Shown piece by piece: positions 39,725 to 51,587 of a stretch of DNA of 64,000 nucleotides; position 1 is the stretch's first letter, and the number at the start of each line of letters is the position of its first letter. Below the pieces are notes generated by a model that was not told the DNA's origin, did not search any database, and saw only the letters and a list, made by a program, of their open reading frames with translations. This stretch comes from Dendrobates tinctorius (lineage: Eukaryota). The stretch is taken from the NCBI RefSeq assembly GCF_039654945.1, contig NW_027361824.1, positions 17,422,001-17,486,000 on the forward strand, given 5' to 3'. The position numbers and the translations under genes were made by a program.

Positions 39725-40200
39725 TTAACAAATTACCCTCAGGGTAAATAGACCCAATGTACGGGATATTGTGATTAAAACTTGACTTTTATTGATATGC
39801 ATTTAATAAACGTGGTCTAACTTAATATTAAAAAGAACACTAAAGTGGTATTACTATATAATAGCTTCTATTAGATTATTATATTAGGTATAACTATCCT
39901 ATCCTCCTATCTAGATTAATGCCTGCAGTCCATTAGCTAGTGTAGCCTTCTGAGAATAAGTGTAGGAAATATTGAGTACAGAACCACTAAAGCTAATTAA
40001 GATTAACTCACAGGCTCCCGACGTGTTTCCTCTAGCCTCAGCCCCCTGATGAAGCCTGTCTAGGCGAAACATGGCGGGGGAGGCTATGAGTTAATCTTAT
40101 TTAGCTTTAATAGTTCTGTACTCAAAATTTACTATATTTATCCTCAGGAGGCTATACTAGCTAATGGACTGCAGCCATTAATCAGGGTAGGAGGATTAGA
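39725..40200. mobile_element. Palindromic Penelope-like LTR remnant with a hammerhead core
   Basis: ~135-bp inverted arms (~39900-40029 and 40066-40197) with central CTGATGA..GAAAC. Confidence 0.6.
40042..40080 (+). ncRNA. Minimal type I hammerhead ribozyme motif (cleavage triplet mutated)
   Basis: CCCC-CTGATGA-A-GCCT-gtct-AGGC-GAAAC-AT-GGC-GGGG; stems I and II pair; expected GTC reads GGC. Confidence 0.6.
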
Positions 40201-40370
40201 CTCTCATTATCTCATTATTAGTTTAGGGGCTCTGGTCTGGGGTCTGTATTTGTTTAGGGGGTCTGCCCTGGAATTCTATTAGTTTTGGCGCTCTGCTCTG
40301 AGATCTGTATTTGTTTAGGTGGTCTGGGGTCTGTATTAGTCTAGGCTAAGGAATCTGGTGTGAGGGTCTT

Positions 40371-40470
40371 TAATAATAATCTTTATTTTTATATAGCGCT
40401 AACATATTCCGCAGCGCTTTACAGTTTGCACACATTATCATCACTGTCCCCCATGGGGCTCACAATCTAA
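40371..40470 (-). mobile_element. SINE 3' fragment with L2-like tail
   Basis: Nearly identical to ~43945-44040. Confidence 0.75.
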
Positions 40471-40957
40471 ATAAGGGTCACCATTTATGGCGTCTGGGGT
40501 CTGCATTTGTTTAGAGGGCGTGGTCTGTATTATTTTGGGGTCTGGTTTAGTCTAGGGGGGTCTGGTTTGAGAAGTTGTATTTTTTAGAGTTTATGATCCA
40601 GAGTTGTATATTAGTTTAAAGGGGCTAAGTTTGTATTTATTTTAGGGGGTTCATAGTTTAGGGGGTTTGCAGCATGGGGGACTTATCCCACTGGCATTTG
40701 TGACAAACTCCTTAGGTGTCCTTGTCTTATTGACTGAGGCATCTAAGGTGTTACATGGTGAAAGGTTTTAGCCATTTTTTTTTTTTTTGCAAAAATGTAA
40801 AAAAGAAAATTACCATAAATAGTTGTTTTTTTTGTGATAGGAGACTCTCACCCGCTTCATTGCTGACCTTCAAAGTTTTTGCCGAAATTTGTACGGGGTG
40901 TGAGGTTTCTACTAACAACACAAGGATCTAAGTAGGATGACACGGAACAGACATTAC

Positions 40958-41040
40958 CTGATGGTGACGTCGCTCTCCAGACCGTCGCCTTCATATTCTA
41001 TCGTTTTTTCAAATGACATTTTGGTATTTTCCGGTGCAAA
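40958..41040 (-). CDS. gdpd4: GDPD4 coding exon 8 (ExD metal motif)
   Basis: cgcag|TTT...AG|gt, 83 nt; FAPENTKMSFEKTIEYEGDGLESDVTI. Confidence 0.95.
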
Positions 41041-41533
41041 CTGCGGGAAGTAAAAACACAATTTAATTAATTCTGTCGTTAATAAATATAATGGAAAACT
41101 TCACCAATTTTAGTAGTTACGAAAAAAGACAAAAAATATGTAAAAAAAAAATTAACCTGACAAGACAAAACCTTATCATAGATTTTGCTGCATTACTGTT
41201 AGCTCTCGAGTTCAGATCCTGCTGTTACACCTCGGCGGTTCAGCGCCTGTGCTCACCCCCCATTTACAAATTCACTTTTTCTTTCTTTTTAATTCTCATT
41301 TAGAAATTAGAGAACAGATTTAAAACAGTACAGTAGCTCGCCAAAACTTTATCACCCGAAACATCAGCAAGGTAAAATAACCGCAGCGGTTCTGCCGGCA
41401 AGGTGCTGAGAGACTGAAACTGATTTGAATGCAGCTCCGGATGTGACTAAAGAGATAATTATCTGTGATCAAGTCCTTATATATGAGGATGTAAAGTGAC
41501 GGAAGCAAAGCTGACCCCATGCTGGGTACTTAC

Positions 41534-41679
41534 CGTCGGTGATCCCCTGTGCCCTATCAGCAAGGGTTTCGCCCCAAGCGACCCTTTCTCCCTTATGCAG
41601 GGGGAATACATCCCCAGTGGTAATAAATACAGGAGTAGCAGCACAGCGATGTACGGACTGATGATCATCAGCTGAGACA
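41534..41679 (-). CDS. gdpd4: GDPD4 coding exon 7 (IGHRG catalytic motif)
   Basis: cccag|TG...ACG|gtaagt, 146 nt; SQLMIISPYIAVLLLLYLLPLGMYSPCIREKGSLGAKPLLIGHRGSPT. Confidence 0.95.
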
Positions 41680-42641
41680 CTGGGAAAAACAAGAAAAAAA
41701 AGTAAAAGTAAAAAAAAAAAAAAAAAAGAATTTCTTTTTCAAAGATAAGGGAGAAACGCTACAAAACCCCCCGATATCGGTGTGTGTATTTGTTTAGGGA
41801 TCTGTTCTTGAGGTGTGCATTATTTAAGTGGTCGAATCTGGTATGTATAAGTTTATGGGGTTTGGTTTGGGGTCCGTATTAGTTTAGGGGGTTTGGTTTC
41901 GGGTCTTGTCTTGTTTGCAATCTGTATTATTTTAGGTATCTGTCCTGGGTTTTGTTTAGGGGTCTTATCTGGGGTCTGTATTTGTTGAGGGGGATCTAGT
42001 GTGGAGTTTGCATTAGTTGGTGAATACGGTCTGGGGTCTGTATTTGTTTAGGGGTCTTTGGTCTATATTAGCCTAGGAGGTCGGGTCTGAGCGTCTGTAT
42101 ATTTTTGATGTAAGGTTTTGTATTAGTGTAAAGGGGCCGAGTTTGTATTTAGGGGGTCTGATTTCAGGTCTCTGTACGGGGGCTTTTCTTTTGGGGTCTG
42201 TTTATATAGGGAATCTGGTCTCGTGTCTAGTTATTTTGGGGTGTTCCAGCCTCATGGACGAGGGTCTGCTCTCTATAGACGGGCAGGAGTGTGAGCCGCA
42301 CGCTTTATATTACACACGTGGAACGCACATATACAGGGGCCCGCACAGCCTGATGGAGCCGGAGGTTTGCTCTTAGCATAAATTATCCAAATAATTATTT
42401 AAACAATAAAAAAAAACACAAAATGACGTGTTCCTCCCTAATGTGAGATGTCGGCGTTCTGGAGCGGGAGCAGAACAGACTGTGGAATATTTTAGCATTT
42501 TAATAAATCTAATAGAATTTTACATGTTTTGTTTTTTAATTTGGATGAAAAATGCAAAACCCGATGATGATTAATCTGGTGACCAAATCTAGTGGAGCTC
42601 AGATAAAGACTAAACTGGTCGCCTGAGAAGTATACAATGTG

Positions 42642-43605
42642 ATATATAAAGCTCAAATGTGTGTATGTCCGGGATAGGCATTCGCACCGCCGCAGCTACA
42701 GCCACAAAATTTGGCACAGTCCAACGTCTGGACCCCGAGCGCGTCCTAAGCTATGTTGTGAGGCGAAATTTTAACCCCGCGCGTTCCAATTCACCAAACA
42801 ATTTTGCCCCTATCTACATAATGGGGAAAAAGTGTGTGTGTATCAAGCTCCGCCCCTCATTATGATGTCATAATGGTTGACTATGGGATGGCGGATATGT
42901 GTGATGGGTATATGGGCACGGGACTATGGGATGGAGGATATGTATGATGGGTATATGGGCACGGGACTATGGGATGGAGGATATGTATGATGGGTATATG
43001 GGCACGGGACTATGGGATGGAGGATATGTATGATGGGTATATGGGCACGGGACTATGGGATGGAGGATATGTATGATGGGTATATGGACACGGGACTATG
43101 GGATGGAGGATATGTATGATGGGTATATGGGCACGGGACTATGGGATGGAGGATATGTATGATGGGTATATGGGCACGGGACTATGGGATGGAGGATATG
43201 TATGATGGGTATATGGGCACGGGACTATGGGATGGAGGATATGTGTGATGGGTATATGGGCACGGGACTATGGGATGGAGGATATGTATGATGGGTATAT
43301 GGGCACGGGACTATGGGATGGAGGATGTGTGATGGGTATATGGGCACGGGACTATGGGATGGAGGATATGTATGATGGGTATATGGGCACGGGACTATGG
43401 GATGGAGGATATGTATGATGGGTATATGGGCACGGGACTATGGGATGAAGGATGTGTGATGGGTATATGGGCACGGGCCTATGGGATCGTGGATATGTAT
43501 GATGGGTATATGGGCACGGGACTATGGGATGGAGGATAATTATAATTTGTTATAACTAACCACAGTTAGTTACTATGCCCGGGCAGCGCCGGGCTCTTCA
43601 GCTAG
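42642..43605 (+). mobile_element. Non-autonomous Helitron with an internal 43-bp array
   Basis: 3' ~65 bp, including the hairpin and CTAG|T, almost identical to 8884-8949; 5' end eroded. Confidence 0.8.
42879..43537. repeat. 43-bp minisatellite (~15 units)
   Basis: Unit GGGACTATGGGATGGAGGATATGTATGATGGGTATATGGGCAC. Confidence 0.95.
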
Positions 43606-43940
43606 TATTATATATAAAGCCGAAAGGTAAATGCACATAGTACACATATAATAGGTCACATACAGACCCGAGACCAGATCCTCCTTATATACAGAAGCAG
43701 AACAAGCACCAGATTCCCGGTGTACAGGCCCTAGACCTAGATCTCCTGTATACAGACCTAAGACTAGATCCCACTATATATACAGACTCGATTTCCTATA
43801 TACAGACATAAGACCAGATCACACTATATATATATACACCCTGGGCCATATCCTCCTTATATACAGAAGCAGAAAAAACACCCGATCCCCTGTGTACAAA
43901 TCCTAGACCAGATCCCCTGTATACAGACCATAGACAACAT

Positions 43941-44156
43941 AATAAATAATCTTTATTTTTATATAGCGCTAACATATTCCGCAGCGCTTTACAGTTTGCA
44001 CACATTTTCATCTCTGTCCTCAATGGGGCTCACAATCTAAAATCCCTATCAGTATGTCTTTAGAATGTGGGAGGAAACCGGAGAACCCCGAGGAAACCCA
44101 CGCAAACACGGGGAGAACATACAAACTCCTTGTACCACTGAGCCACCGTGCTGCCC
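43941..44156 (-). mobile_element. tRNA-derived V-SINE-like element, internally deleted
   Basis: 5' GGGCAGCACGGTGGCTCAGTGGT (A box), V-domain-like TCTCCCCGTGTTTGCGTGGGTTTCCTC and L2-like 3' tail; B box missing. Confidence 0.75.
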
Positions 44157-44164
44157 AAGATCCA

Positions 44165-47100
44165 ACTTTGCACATAGACTTGCCTCTGCACCTAGCATTC
44201 ACATGGTATGCCTTTCAGCTAACCCCAGCTTACCCCAGAGTTATTTATGACCTTGTTTACTCTGGCTTGATCATATGCATCTGGTCCACTCTTAATGGTG
44301 CGACCAAGATGAGCAGAGACCACTCCTCTCTGCTTCACACCTGACTGCACTTAGTTGTACATATATTGCATAGCTCAAGTCTGCATAGACTTCAGTCTGC
44401 ATTGTGATTCCTATAAGTGTGTTCTAGAAGTGTGAAGATAAATATTAGAATTAAAACCAGAATTGGAACTGAAGGTAACTGTACAAAGTCACTGTAAACA
44501 ATGTTCCTGTTTGTTTTCACTTTCACCCCAATAATCCTTCACTTTCTGCTAATTCCCCTAATCCCTACTCCTAGTAAGGAACTGTTCATCTCTTCTTCCA
44601 TCCTCCCCATCCACCTCGCCTCCTCCTCAAAAATGTTCCTTAACATACAATCCTCTGTCTCCAAACACAGACAGCACCCTCATGCCCTCTCCTGCTCCCA
44701 CCTGCTAACACTTTCTCTGCTCCTTCTCACTGCTGGTGATATCTCTCCAAATCCTGGTCCTCCTCACCACATTCCCACAGTCATTTCTACCTCCCATCCA
44801 CGCTCTATCACAACCTTCCGTAACCTCTCCAACCTTATATCCATTCACCCAGCCCCCGCTTCCCCAGTCCCACTAACAGGAGCTCTGTGGAATGCTCGCT
44901 CTGTCTGCAACAAGCTTTCCTACATCCATGATCTTTTTGTTACTACCAATCTTTCCTTCCTCGCCATCACCGAAACCTGGCTCACCCCTTCTGACACAGC
45001 CTCTCCTGCTGCACTTTCATATGGTGGCTTCCACCTTTCTCACCCCCCCCACCCCACCAGCAAACATGGCGGAGGAGTTGGTTTTCTCCTGTCAGATACC
45101 TGCTCCTTCACCCCAATCCCACTGCCACCCTCTGTTACCCTCCCTTCCTTTGAGGTGCACTCTGTGCGCATCTACTCCCCCTCCAACCTCCAACTGGCTG
45201 TCATCTACCGGCCCCCAGGGCCTGCCACCACCTTCTTTGACCACTTCACCACCAGGCTACTTAATTTCCTTTCCGCGGACATCCCTACTATCATCATGGG
45301 CGACTTCAACATCTCCATTGACACTTCCCTCTCAGCTTCCACTAAACTTCTATCTCTCACTTCCTCCTTCGGCCTCACTCAATGGTCTTCTACAGCCACC
45401 CACAAAGATGGCCACACACTGGACCTCATCTTCACCCGCCTCTGCTCCCTATCTAACCTCTCTAACTCACCTCTTCCTCTCTCTGACTACAACCTTCTCA
45501 CATTCCCTTCCCTCTCCACTCCATGTCTACAATCCCCACCCCACAAACTTTCACACCCTCGCAGAAATCTTAAACACCTTGACCTACACTCATTCTCTGA
45601 ATCCCTCCTCCCTCTCACAGATATAAGTTCCTTACACAATGCGGATGACGCTGCTGCTCTATATATCACCACATTAGCTGTAGCTTTGGAATCTGCTGCC
45701 CCACTTACACATACCAAAGCTCGCAAAATCAACAGACAGCCCTGGCACACCAGCCTGACCAAAGAACTGAGGCGAGCTTCCAGGGCTGCTGACCGCAGAT
45801 GGAAAAGATCCCACTCCAACGAGCACTTCATCGCATTCAAACAGTCTCTCACTACTTTCAAGACCACACTCGCCACAGCTAAACAAACCTACTTCTCATC
45901 GCTCATATCCGCCCTGTCTCACAACCCTAAACAGTTATTCAACACCTTCAATTCTCTCCTCCGTCCCCCAGCACATCCTCCCTCCCCACTCATCTCAGCT
46001 GAAGACTTTGCCTCATTTTTCAAGCAGAAGATTGATAACATCAGAGACAGTTTTGGTCAACAACCCCCAGAGCCCCTCCTCCCGACTTCCCAGCCCTCCA
46101 CCTCCAAAACCAACTTCTCCACCATTACAGAAGATCGACTCTCCACTCTACTCTCAAGATCACGTCTCACCACTTGTGCACTTGACCCGATCCCTTCCCA
46201 CTTCATCCCAAATCTCACCACAGTCTTCATCCCAACCCTAACCCATCTCTTCAACCTATCACTAACAACTGGTGTTTTCCCCTCAAGCTTTAAACATGCC
46301 TCAATCACACCTATCCTCAAAAAGCCCTCTCTTGACCCATCCTCTGTATCTAGCTATCGCCCTATATCACTTCTCCCCTATGCCTCCAAGCTACTGGAAC
46401 AACAAGTCTACCTTGAACTGTCATCCCATCTCTCTTCTTGCTCCCTCTTCGACCGCTTACAATCTGGCTTCCGGTCACACCACTCCACCGAAACTGCCCT
46501 TACTAAGGTCACCAATGACCTCTTAACCGCCAAGAGCAAGCGACACTACTCTGTCCTCCTCCTCCTGGACCTGTCGGCTGCCTTTGACACAGTGGACCAT
46601 TCCCTACTATTACAGACCCTCTCATCCCTTGGCATCACAGACTTGGCCTTGTCCTGGATCTCATCATACCTAACAGACCGGACATTCAGCGTCTCCCACT
46701 CACACACCACCTCCTCACCTCGCCCCCTATCTGTCGGAGTCCCACAAGGTTCAGTCCTAGGACCCCTGCTCTTCTCCATTTACACCTTTGGCCTGGGACA
46801 GCTCATAGAATCTCATGGCTTTCAGTATCATCTCTATGCTGATGACACACAGATCTACATCTCTGGACCAGATATCACCTCCCTGCTAACCAGAATCCCT
46901 CAATGTCTGTCCACTATTTCATCCTTCTTCTCTACCAGATTTCTGAAACTTAACATGGACAAAACATAATTAATCATCTTTCCCCCATCTCACGTGACCC
47001 CCCCAACGAACCTATCCATTACAGTAAATGGCTGCCCACTCTCCCCAGTCCCACAAGCTCGCTGCCTCGGGGTAATCCTTGATGCTGATCTCTCCTTCAA

Positions 47101-47886
47101 ACCACATATCCAAGCCTTTTCCACTTCCTGCCGACTTCAACTCAATAATATTTCACGAATCCGTTCATTCCTCAACCAAGAATCTGCAAAAACCCTAGTC
47201 CATGCCCTCATTATCTCTCGCCTTGACTACTGCAACCTCCTGCTCAGTGGTCTCCCCTCGAACACTCTCGCACCCCTCCAATCTATTCTAAACTCCACTG
47301 CCCGACTAATACACCTGTCTCCCCGCTATTCCCCAGCTTCACCCCTCCGTCAATCCCTTCACTGGCTCCCCATTGCCCAGAGACTCCAGTACAAAACCCT
47401 AACCATAACATACAAAGCCATCCACAACCTGTCTCATCCATACATCTGTGACATCGTCTCCCGGTACTTACGTGCACGCAACCTCCGATCCTCACAAGAT
47501 CTCCTTCTCTACTCCCCTCTTATCTCCTCTTCCCACAATCGCATACAAGATTTCTCCCGTGCTTCCCCCCTACTCTGGAACTCTCTACCACAACATATCA
47601 GACTCTCACCTACCATCGAAACCTTCAAAAAGAGCCTGAAGACCGACCTCTTCCGACAAGCCTACAACCTGCAGTAACCACCGATCCACCAAACCGCTGC
47701 ACGACCAGCTCTGCCCTCGCCTACTGTATTCTCACCCATCCCTTGTAGATTGTGAGCCCTCGCGGGCAGGGTCCTCTCTCCTCCTGTACCAGTTATGACT
47801 TGTATTGTTTAACATTATTGTACTTGTTTTTATGTATACCCCCCTCCTTACATGTAAAGCGCCATGGAATAAATGGCGCTAAAACA

Positions 47887-47918
<32 letters not shown>
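44165..47918 (+). mobile_element. Near full-length L2-clade LINE
   Basis: APE endonuclease (WNARS, ITETW, IYRPPG, MGDFN, TLDL) plus RT ([19 protein letters not shown]) plus (AAT)n tail. Confidence 0.92.
44501..47677 (+). pseudogene. L2 EN-RT ORF (1058 codons) broken by one in-frame TAA at 46967-46969
   Basis: ORFs 44501-46969 and 46994-47677 share a frame; KT*LI where related copies in this window read KTEL(I/L). Confidence 0.88.
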
Positions 47919-47919
<1 letters not shown>

Positions 47920-49290
47920 TATATACAGACCCTAGACCAGATGCCCTTTAGACAGACCTTAGACCAGATGCCACTATATGGAGACCCTAGACTAGATCCC
48001 CTTCATACAAACACTAAACCAGATCCCCCAGTATACAGACACTAGACCAGTTCCCCCTCAATGTGGACCCTAGACTTGATACCCCCCTATATACAGACCC
48101 TAGACCAGATCTCCAGATCCCCCCCTATAAACAGACCCTAGACCAGATCCCCCTTGTATACAGACCATATACCAGATACTACTCTCTATACAGACCCTAC
48201 ACCAGATCCTCCTATAAACAGACCCTAAACCAGATTCCCCTGTGTACAGATCCTAGACCAGATCCACCTTTATACAAACACTAGACCAGATCCCCCTCTA
48301 TACAGACCCTAGACCAGAACCCCTATATACAGACTCTAGACCTGATCCCCACTGAATACAAACACTAGACCAGATCACCCGTGTTCAGACCATAGACTAG
48401 ATCATCCTATATACAGACCCTACACCAGATCCTTCTGTATACAAACGATAGAGCAGATTTGCCTGTATACAGACCATACAAACAAAAAAGGAAGCACACT
48501 GTAGCGCCATAACATGCAAACATGAAATATGAAAAATGAATTGCATTATTGCATTGGAAGTATGAAAAATTGAGAAAGTTTAACGCATAAAATGGCCAAT
48601 TTTATGTGTACCTGGAAGCCACGGTAAGGCATTTCTTGTTTTCCAGGACCTCATCTATGCCAATCCTTGCTTAGACTGAAGTCCTCATCTGAATGGGAAC
48701 CTATACAAATCCTCTCCTTAGACTGAAGTCTATATCTCTGTGGAGGGGTAGTGGCCCTGCTTTAATTAAAAACGCCTGCAGCTAACAGGTGGAGTGCTCA
48801 GTCAGAAGGTTAATGAATACAGATTTCAAAACTGACCGTCACATCCGCTTGGATGTGACGGTCAGTTTTTGAAATCTGTATACAGACCATAGACCAGGTC
48901 CCACTGTATACAGACAATATACCAGATCCCCCCCGTATACAGACGATAGACCAGATCTCCATGAAGAGACCATAGACCAGATCCTCCTTTATACAGACCC
49001 GATCCTCCCTGCATACACATTCTAAACCAAGCTCCTCTAAATACACAAAGAAGACTATCCCCCTAAATACATATACCCCTAAATACAGATCCCCCTGCAA
49101 ACAGATCCAACAACATATGGATCTCCCTGTATATAGAGCTACTTACATACAGATCCCCCTGCATACAGATCCTGATGTATACAGATCCCCCTACACCAGA
49201 TCCCCAATTCTCATCATACAGACCCCAAACCCCCAGAGTAAACACTAAGTCCAATCCCTCTTATATACAGATCCACTGTAAACTCTGGGG
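47920..49290. repeat. Degenerate ~29-bp repeat TATACAGACCCTAGACCAGATCCCCC (also 43660-43935), interrupted at ~48479-48875
   Basis: Recurrent motif. Confidence 0.8.
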
Positions 49291-49478
49291 CATCGAGGAA
49301 AGTCTGAGAGGTCTCTGGTTTTTCCTGACATCTGACCATTCGGGAATGGTTGGCGGTACGGACGAGTGCAGCTCTTCACCCCATTGGGTGCAGCAATAAC
49401 CTTCTCATCCTGGAACCTACTGGGGCCACGAATACAAAGTCACACAGAGGACATTTTCCACCAACAAGTAATACTTAC

Positions 49479-49572
49479 CTCTTGTGTTCATCCTGACAAA
49501 ATAAAGTGCTACTGGCCAAGACAGCAGGGTCATTACCGCCAGTGAGCCAATATGGAGGTACGGAGCCGTCAC
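49479..49572 (-). CDS. gdpd4: GDPD4 coding exon 6
   Basis: ccag|GTG...AGA G|gtaagt, 94 nt; VTAPYLHIGSLAVMTLLSWPVALYFVRMNTR. Confidence 0.93.
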
Positions 49573-49786
49573 CTGGATCAGAAACATAATACTGAGGATT
49601 CATCTGCTTGTGATAACAGGAGGACACAGAGCAGCAAAACCGTCAACTTTCATACAATATGGATGCACTTTTTTTTAACAATGGATTGTCCATCTTTGCA
49701 TAATATACTACAGATTATCTATAGACAAAAAACAACGATTTATAAATGTAAAAAAGTGCATAAATTATCCTGTGTGCATCCTGGGT

Positions 49787-50935
49787 CTGTATTATACTCC
49801 AGAGCTGCACTCACTATTCTGCTGGGGCAGTCACTGTGTACATACATTACATTACTGATCCTGAGTTACCTCCTGTATTATACCCCAGAGCTGCACTCAC
49901 TATTCTGCTGGTGCAGTCACTGTGTACATACATTACATTACTGATCCTGAGTTACCTCCTGTATTATACTCCAGAGCTGCACTCACTATTCTGCTGGTGC
50001 AGTCACTGTGTACATACATTACATTACTGATCCTGAGTTACCTCCTGTATTATACCCCAGAGCTGCACTCACTATTCTGCTGGGGCAGTCACTGTGTACA
50101 TACATTACATTACTGATCCTGAGTTACCTCCTGTATTATACTCCAGAGCTGCACTCACTATTCTGCTGGTGCAGTCACTGTGTACATACATTACATTACT
50201 GATCCTGAGTTACCTCCTGTATTATACTCCAGAGCTGCACTCACTATTCTGCTGGTGCAGTCACTGTGTACATACATTACATTACTGATCCTGAGTTACA
50301 TCCTGTATTATACCCCAGAGCTGTACTCACTATTCTGCTGGTACAGTCACTGTGTACATACATTACATTACTGATCCTGAGTTACATCCTGTATTATACT
50401 CCAGAGCTGCACTCACTATTCTGCTGGTGCAGTCACTGTGTACATACATTACATTACTGAACCTGAGTTACCTCCTGTATTATACCCCAGAGCTGCACTC
50501 ACTATTCTGCTGGTGCAGTCACTGTGTACATACATTACATTACTGATCCTGAGTTACATCCTGTATTATACCCCAGAGCTGTACTCACTATTCTGCTGGT
50601 ACAGTCACTGTGTACATACATTACATTACTGATCCTGAGTTACATCCTGTATTATACTCCAGAGCTGCACTCACTATTCTGCTGGTGCAGTCACTGTGTA
50701 CATACATTACTGATCCTGAGTTACATCCTGTATTATACCCCAGAGCTGCACTCACTATTCTGCTGGTGCAGTCACTGTGTACATACATTACTGATCCTGA
50801 GTTACAGCCTGTATTATACCCCAGAGCTGCACTCACTATTCTGCTGGTGCAGTCACTGTGTACATACATTACATTACTGATCCTGAGTTACATCCTGTAT
50901 TATACTCCGGAGCTGCACTCACTATTCTGCTGGTG
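49787..50935 (-). repeat. 86-bp satellite (~13 units)
   Basis: Reverse complement of the 9840-10705 unit. Confidence 0.95.
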
Positions 50936-51027
50936 GTAGTGTCATTCTGTCAACAATTTTTCATGTAACTTTTCATTCTCAAAAATGGCAGAATTTTTTA
51001 TGTAGCCCTTTGTGAAGCAACAATTAC

Positions 51028-51126
51028 CTGGAACGAGAGGCGAATAGCTGCCCATTCCTCTCCCCATAAATTAGACAAAACAGCAAGGGCAGCAATAAAG
51101 AAAATAAAGACAAACAGCATCCCGCC
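51028..51126 (-). CDS. gdpd4: GDPD4 coding exon 5
   Basis: gccag|GGC...CAG|gt, 99 nt; GGMLFVFIFFIAALAVLSNLWGEEWAAIRLSFQ. Confidence 0.92.
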
Positions 51127-51295
51127 CTGGCAAAGGGAAAGCACATTGATCATAAACAAAGAAAATACAAAAAATGTTATTGGGACAGATAAGAATCATC
51201 TTGTTGCTTTATGTCCATAACCCCGTGCAGATTTATTTAATTTACTTTTATATGTCCCCTTTATAGATAGAATTACTGTATATGAGAATATTGTG

Positions 51296-51400
51296 TCTGC
51301 CGGCAGCCACCACTAGGGGGAGCTCATGAACACACTACATATACACACAGCTATACATCAGTATGCGGTAAGTTCCTGAGCTCCCCCTAGTGGTGGATAT
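51296..51400. mobile_element. Inverted-repeat element with CTCF-like arms (same family as 13087-13203)
   Basis: CCACCACTAGGGGGAGCTCA ... TGAGCTCCCCCTAGTGGTGG. Confidence 0.7.
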
Positions 51401-51527
51401 TAGTACATAGAATATTATCATGTAACTATGCCGGTGAAGTGGATTTGGCGCTTTGTGTCAGTAAAGGGAGCTGTGACCACTATAACGAACATTCTAATCA
51501 GGGCAGAAGATTACTGTCACTATTTAC

Positions 51528-51587
51528 CTTGTGGCTCCAGTGCAGGTAAAGCTGCTGACCTTCTGAGAGCAGACATACTGCCAAAAC
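51528..51587 (-). CDS. gdpd4: GDPD4 coding exon 4
   Basis: ttaag|GTT...AAG|gt, 60 nt; VLAVCLLSEGQQLYLHWSHK. Confidence 0.93.

Larger units (their letters stand above)
39370..42240. repeat. Degenerate ~30-bp repeat (GGGGTCTGGTCTGGGGTCTGTATTAGTTTA), in blocks ~39370-40680 and ~41780-42240
   Basis: Recurrent motif; a reverse-complement-like version occurs at 43660-43935 and 47920-49290. Confidence 0.7.
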
